A DNA stretch of 64,000 nt from Candidatus Latescibacterota bacterium (GTDB lineage: Bacteria; Latescibacterota; UBA2968; UBA8231). The notes below the pieces were generated by a model. That model saw only the letters and a program-made list of their open reading frames with translations, searched no databases and had not been told where the DNA came from. The first letter of the stretch is position 1. Each line of letters opens with the position of its first letter. Location: NCBI GenBank assembly GCA_965223905.1, contig CBDCXV010000009.1, positions 64,001 to 128,000 of the forward strand. The letters are read 5' to 3'. The position numbers and the translations under genes were made by a program. This document shows positions 59,354-64,000 of this stretch, piece after piece.

Positions 59354-60307
59354 TCAGGCGATGCGGTACGGGACCTCGCGGCCCTCGAGGCCGGCGAACA
59401 TGTTGTCCACCGACATGCGCGACATCGCATCGCGGGTCTGCCTCGTGGCGCTGCCGAGATGGGGGGCGATCACCAGGTTGTCGAGAGACAGCAGCGGGTG
59501 GTCGCGGGGGAGCGGCTCCGGCTCGGTGACGTCGAGGGCGGCGGCGAAAATGCGCCGATCCGTCAGGGTTTCCAGCAGGGCGTCGTGGTCGAGCACGCCG
59601 CCGCGGGCGATGTTGATCAGGACGGCGGTCGGTTTCATCAGGGCCAGCTCTCGGGCCCCGATCATGCCGCGGGTCTCGTCGTTGAGGGGCATGCAGAGCA
59701 TGGTGAACTCCGAGGCGGACAGCAGCTCGTCGAGGGAGACCCGGCGGGCGCCGAAATCCCGCTCCGCCTTGTCGTTGCGGGTGCGGTTGTGGTAGAGGAT
59801 CGGCATGTCGAAGCCGACGGCGCGTTTGGCGACCTGGTAGCCGATGCGGCCGAGCCCGACGATCCCCAGGGTCGCCCCGGTCACCATCTGCCCAAGCAGG
59901 ATGGCCGGGTCGTAGATGGTGAAGTCCGGGCCTCGGGCGAAGTGCCCGCCGACGACGAGGTTGCGGGCGGCGGCCATCATCAGGGTGATCCCCTGGTCCG
60001 CAGTCGTTGTGTCGAGCACGCCGGGGGTGTTGCCGACCGGCAGGCCGAGCTGCCTGGCCCCTTCGAGGTCTATGTGATCGCATCCGACGCCGAAGTTGCT
60101 GATCACCCGCAGCTTCGGCATGCGGGCCATGAGGGCGCGGTCGACCCACATGTGGCTGTACACGTAGATCGCCTCGATCGCGTCCAAATCGGTGTCCGGT
60201 TCCGGTTCAGGCCGCGTCCACATCTTTGTTTCGCAATGGTCGCCGAACAGGGGGATGATCCCCTCGTAGGGCTCGGAATCCGCCTGAAAAAGCACCTGGT
60301 AGGCCAC
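59354..60307 (-). CDS. D-2-hydroxyacid (glyoxylate/glycerate-type) dehydrogenase
   Basis: GVGCDHID, NTPGVL, GLGRIG, LINIARG, LDV..PEP, PHLGSAT. Confidence 0.93.
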   Translation of the reverse strand: MAYQVLFQADSEPYEGIIPLFGDHCETKMWTRPEPEPDTDLDAIEAIYVYSHMWVDRALMARMPKLRVISNFGVGCDHIDLEGARQLGLPVGNTPGVLDTTTADQGITLMMAAARNLVVGGHFARGPDFTIYDPAILLGQMVTGATLGIVGLGRIGYQVAKRAVGFDMPILYHNRTRNDKAERDFGARRVSLDELLSASEFTMLCMPLNDETRGMIGARELALMKPTAVLINIARGGVLDHDALLETLTDRRIFAAALDVTEPEPLPRDHPLLSLDNLVIAPHLGSATRQTRDAMSRMSVDNMFAGLEGREVPYRIA

Positions 60308-60323
60308 CCGCGAATCTCCCGCG

Positions 60324-60704
60324 TTACCCCCGCGTCAGGCGCGCGACCATGGCCTCGACGTCGACGGACTTCCCCTTGGCCGAGGCCTCGATGGCGGCGA
60401 ACATCGCGGCGTTGCTGTAGATGTCGTCGTCGATGACCGTCTCCGGGGCCGGCCCGCCGCCGATCCATTCGAGGTGGGTGTCGATGATGTAGTTGTGGCC
60501 TTCGAAGGCCGGCGCGGCCAGCGGCACCTCTTCGGTCGTCAACGCCTCGGTGAGGTCGCGCGATACCATGCGCACGGTGTCGTCATTGTCGACGAGGGCG
60601 ACGATTTCATTACGGTCGGCGAAATTCGGGTAGAAGCGCCGGATCCAGGCCCCCGCCATGCCGCCGGCGCCGATCATCAGGTTGCGTTTTTCCGACTCAC
60701 TCGC
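60324..60704 (-). pseudogene. Gfo/Idh/MocA oxidoreductase with a large in-frame internal deletion
   Basis: Rossmann start MIGAGGMA...IVALVD joined directly to a C-terminal ...SNAAMFAAIEAS..G..V; only ~125 codons. Confidence 0.7.
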
Positions 60705-60863
60705 AGTTCCAGGCAGAAGGCTGACGAATATAGGTGGGCTCAGGGGGCCAGCAAGAAAGGGAAGCGTGACGGGAGCGGCCTGCTCGCGTTGACGGAATCG
60801 GGGGACGCGCGCAGTTTGGGGCCGGCCCGGAACCTGCCGGGCCAAAACCGAAAACCGCGAGCC

Positions 60864-61679
60864 ATGCTGATTCCCAACCCCAAGGGACGCTACCATTTCC
60901 TCAAGGGGATCGCGCCGTACTCCGCCGGCGTCATCGCCGATCCCGGGTTCGAGATCGTCCACGTTACCCTGCGCGACCTGGACGTCGAGTGGCGTCACGG
61001 GTTCGACCTCATCGAGGCGCGGCTGCGGGCAGCAGGCGTCGAGGGCTCGGCCCTGTGCGGGGTGGAGCTGCGCTCCCCCGCTCCCTTCACCATGCAGGGG
61101 TTCATCTCGTTCAACGACCGCTACTGCCAAGTGCTGAAACAGTGGGGGCTGTACGTCGGCGACGTGAATCCGGTAGCGCGCACCAACGTCGTTCCTCTGT
61201 ACTCTCCCCCGGAGTCACCGATCCTGTACGGGTTCTCGTACGTCGTTCCCACCGACGAGCCGGTGCCCCCGACCCTGGTGATCGCCGGGGCGGGGGAACT
61301 CCGCGACGGCATTCTCGATGAGCGGGCGATTGTCCGCGCCGGCGATACCGGCCCGGAAGCGATCGCGGAGAAAGCCGCCCTGGTCATGAAAGTGATGGAG
61401 GAACGGCTCCACGGACTGGGCGCCCGCTGGGACTTGCTGCATGCGATCAACGTCTACACAGTGCACCCCATCGACGACGTCGCCGAACGCGTCATCCTCA
61501 ACCGGCTCGGCCCGGCCCGCAACCGCGGCATTCACTGGCACCGCAGCCGCCCTCCCGTCGCCGATATCGAGTTCGAGATGGATATGAGAGGGGTTCGGCA
61601 GGAACTGTTCAGTCTCTCGGGGTTCGGCCAGTTGCAGTTGAGGGTCCATTCCCCGGAAGCGCGGTCCAAGCCGGCGTAA
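60864..61679 (+). CDS. CnbZ-like (2-amino-5-chloromuconate deaminase family) protein
   Basis: GIAPYSAGV.A.PGFEI, ELRSPAPFT..GF..FN, NPVARTNV, RPPV..IEFEMD. Confidence 0.75.
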   Translation: MLIPNPKGRYHFLKGIAPYSAGVIADPGFEIVHVTLRDLDVEWRHGFDLIEARLRAAGVEGSALCGVELRSPAPFTMQGFISFNDRYCQVLKQWGLYVGDVNPVARTNVVPLYSPPESPILYGFSYVVPTDEPVPPTLVIAGAGELRDGILDERAIVRAGDTGPEAIAEKAALVMKVMEERLHGLGARWDLLHAINVYTVHPIDDVAERVILNRLGPARNRGIHWHRSRPPVADIEFEMDMRGVRQELFSLSGFGQLQLRVHSPEARSKPA

Positions 61680-61913
61680 GCGGCCCGGCGGGCGAGCGGT
61701 GACCTCCAGGCCGCGGCAACCCCCACCCCGGGTGCGATGCTGGGGATGGCGGGCGCCTCGTCCGACTGCGGCGAAACCCCTCGACGCGGTCCGGATCGGC
61801 TACCCGGACCTCGACCCCCCCGGCTTCACGGAGATGGGCCAGGAGTCGGGATCCCTCTCATTTTCCGGCCGTTCCGGCGGCCCCTATCTTTTTTCAGCCA
61901 GGGAGAACGAACG

Positions 61914-62777
61914 ATGAGACTGGGTGTCTGCGGCATGGTGCCGGGGGATTTTCGCGAGATCGAGGGCTCGCATCTCGAGGCGGTCCGCGCCCTCGACCTG
62001 ACCGCGGTGGCGTTTCACGGCGACGGCGAGCGCCTGCCGGAAGTGACCCCGGCGGAGTGCCGCCAGGTGCGCAGCGGGATCGCCGCGGCCGGCCTCGAGC
62101 TGCCGCAGTTCGGCATCGGCTTCGGTGAGTGCCTGTTCGATCCTGACGCCGAGGTCAGGGGGCGGGTGCTCGCGAAGATCGAGCGCGGCATCGAGGTCGG
62201 GGTGATGCTCAACGCCCACGCCACCCTGATCCGCACCGGCAGCCTGAACCCGGCCGGCTCCTACAGCCCGGCGCGCGCCAACCACGAGCCGGAGTGCCGG
62301 GAGCGCCTCGTCGACACCCTGGGCAACGTCGCCCGCAAGGCGGAAGCCGAGGGGATGACGATCGTCATCGAGACCCACCTCCTCACCATCATGAACTCTC
62401 CCGAAACCAACGCGGAGGTGGTCGAGGCCGTGGGCTCGGACCGCATCCGGGTCGTCATGGACTTCGTCAACCACTTCCAGACCCTGGCGCAGGTCTTCGA
62501 CAGCACCCCGCGGCTCGAGCACATCTTCGACGTCATGGGGGAGATCGCCCCGGTCGGCCACTTCAAGGACGTCCGCGCCGACTCCGGCCTCGTGCTGCAT
62601 CTCAACGAAGAGGTGCCCGGGGACGGCGAGCTCGACCTGGCGACGGCGCTGAGGCGCTGGCAGGGGCTGCACCCGGACGGCTACATGCTGCTCGAGCACC
62701 TGCCGGCCGAGAAGTACCCGCGTGCCGCGGCGAACGTGCAACGGATCGCCCGCGAAGCCGGGGTTGAAATTCACTGA
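61914..62777 (+). CDS. Sugar phosphate isomerase/epimerase (xylose isomerase-like TIM barrel)
   Basis: IVIET, MDFVN, HFKD, LLEH metal ligands. Confidence 0.85.
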   Translation: MRLGVCGMVPGDFREIEGSHLEAVRALDLTAVAFHGDGERLPEVTPAECRQVRSGIAAAGLELPQFGIGFGECLFDPDAEVRGRVLAKIERGIEVGVMLNAHATLIRTGSLNPAGSYSPARANHEPECRERLVDTLGNVARKAEAEGMTIVIETHLLTIMNSPETNAEVVEAVGSDRIRVVMDFVNHFQTLAQVFDSTPRLEHIFDVMGEIAPVGHFKDVRADSGLVLHLNEEVPGDGELDLATALRRWQGLHPDGYMLLEHLPAEKYPRAAANVQRIAREAGVEIH

Positions 62778-62883
62778 GATCGTCACGGAATAATCGGATC
62801 GCGGCGGCGAGGCCGTAGAGACCGGCGATTCCAGCCGGTGACTCACCTGTCCAGCCGCCTGCCCACACCCTACAGGAGCAGCA

Positions 62884-64000
62884 ATGATCAAACCTCACGG
62901 AGCGGAGACGCTCAATCCGCGCATTGTAGGCGACGTAGGCGACGCCGACCGCGCCGGCCTGGAAGCGGAGGCGGCTGACCTTCCCTCGGTGGTCGTCGCC
63001 TCCGGCGCCGCGGCCTCCGCGGTGATGCTGGCCTCCGGCTACTTCACCCCCTGCGACGGCTTCATGGACCTCGAGACCGCCCTGTCGGTCGCCGCGGACA
63101 TGCGGTTCCCGGAAAGCAGGCTGCTGTGGCCGGTTCCCGTCGTCAACATCCTGCCCGCGAGCGAGCTGCCGCGCGGGCTGCAGCCTGGGGGCCGGCTTGC
63201 CCTGCGCGACCCCAACGTCGACGGCCATCCGCTCCTCGCCGTGCAGGAGGTGTCGGAGATCAGCGAGCTGTCCGGCGAAGACCGGGCCGCGATGATCGAG
63301 CACGTCTTCCGCACTTCCGATCCCGCCCATCCCGGGGTCGCCTCCTTCACGGCGATGGGGGACACCCTGGTCGCCGGGCCGGTCGAGGTCCTCAACTACT
63401 CCTATTTCGCCGACGACTTCCCCGGCACCTTCCGCACCGCAGGCCAGATCCGCGCCGGGTTCGAGGAACGGGGCTGGGAGAAGGTGGTAGCCTTCCAGAC
63501 GCGCAACCCCATGCACCGGGCGCACGAGGAGCTGTGCCGCATGGCCCTGGAAGCGGCCGGCGCCGACGGCCTGCTGATCCACATGCTGCTCGGCAGGCTC
63601 AAGCCGGGGGACATTCCGGCGGACGTGAGAGACGCGGCGATCCGCAAGATGGTGGAGCTCTACTTCCCCCCCAACTCGGCGATGGTCAGCGGCTACGGCT
63701 TCGACATGCTGTACGCCGGCCCACGAGAGGCGGTGCTGCACGCCATCTTCCGCCAGAACGCCGGCTGCAGCCACCTGATCGTCGGCCGCGACCACGCCGG
63801 GGTCGGCGACTACTACGGCGCCTTCGACGCCCAGACCGTCTTCGACGACATCCCCGAAGACGGTCTGGAGATCGAGATTTTCCGGGGGGACCACACGGTC
63901 TGGTGCAACGAGTGCGGCGCCGTCGTCATGATGAGGGACTGCCCCCACGAGTCCGACGCCTACCTCATGCTGTCGGGCACGAAGGTCAGGGATATGCTGG
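62884..64000 (+). CDS. sat: Sulfate adenylyltransferase (ATP sulfurylase); 3' end runs off the window
   Basis: Manual translation: MIKPHG...GYFTP..GFM...AFQTRNPMHRAHEEL...MLYAGPREAVLHA.FRQN..CSHLIVGRDHAGVGDYY. Confidence 0.95.
   Translation, partial: MIKPHGAETLNPRIVGDVGDADRAGLEAEAADLPSVVVASGAAASAVMLASGYFTPCDGFMDLETALSVAADMRFPESRLLWPVPVVNILPASELPRGLQPGGRLALRDPNVDGHPLLAVQEVSEISELSGEDRAAMIEHVFRTSDPAHPGVASFTAMGDTLVAGPVEVLNYSYFADDFPGTFRTAGQIRAGFEERGWEKVVAFQTRNPMHRAHEELCRMALEAAGADGLLIHMLLGRLKPGDIPADVRDAAIRKMVELYFPPNSAMVSGYGFDMLYAGPREAVLHAIFRQNAGCSHLIVGRDHAGVGDYYGAFDAQTVFDDIPEDGLEIEIFRGDHTVWCNECGAVVMMRDCPHESDAYLMLSGTKVRDML

Noticed and set aside
1-64000. CRISPR array, tRNA or rRNA genes
   Set aside because: No regularly spaced repeats or recognisable RNA gene signatures were found by eye; a covariance-model scan would be needed to exclude small RNAs

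Overview
High-GC bacterial chromosomal window with two parts. (1) A defence island of about 26 kb on the minus strand (about 2.1-28.3 kb) built on a complete class I DISARM system (drmD, drmMI, drmA, drmB, drmC). About 10.6 kb of cargo sits between drmMI and drmA: GNAT-PIN-PUA plus ASCH, a small ART-like gene plus a DUF6575-like gene, a DarG-type macrodomain, a membrane protein and a ThsB-like TIR gene that appear to have been split apart, an AAA/PD-(D/E)XK protein, and an ABC ATPase plus DUF4276/TOPRIM. The cargo also holds several gene stubs, including a diverged second copy of the drmA 5' end. A small toxin-like gene and an ImmA/IrrE-like gene lacking HExxH follow drmC. (2) An NHEJ locus (ligD, ku, a TPR protein with a QLDLF motif), then housekeeping and metabolic genes (aminopeptidase, comEC, class I lysS, infA, phosphohexomutase, zapA, trxB, sat), an isolated AlbA_2/HATPase gene with downstream repeats, and several deletion or frameshift pseudogenes. 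I found no rRNA, tRNA, CRISPR array, integrase or transposase. All family assignments come from recognising motifs by eye; no database searches were run.
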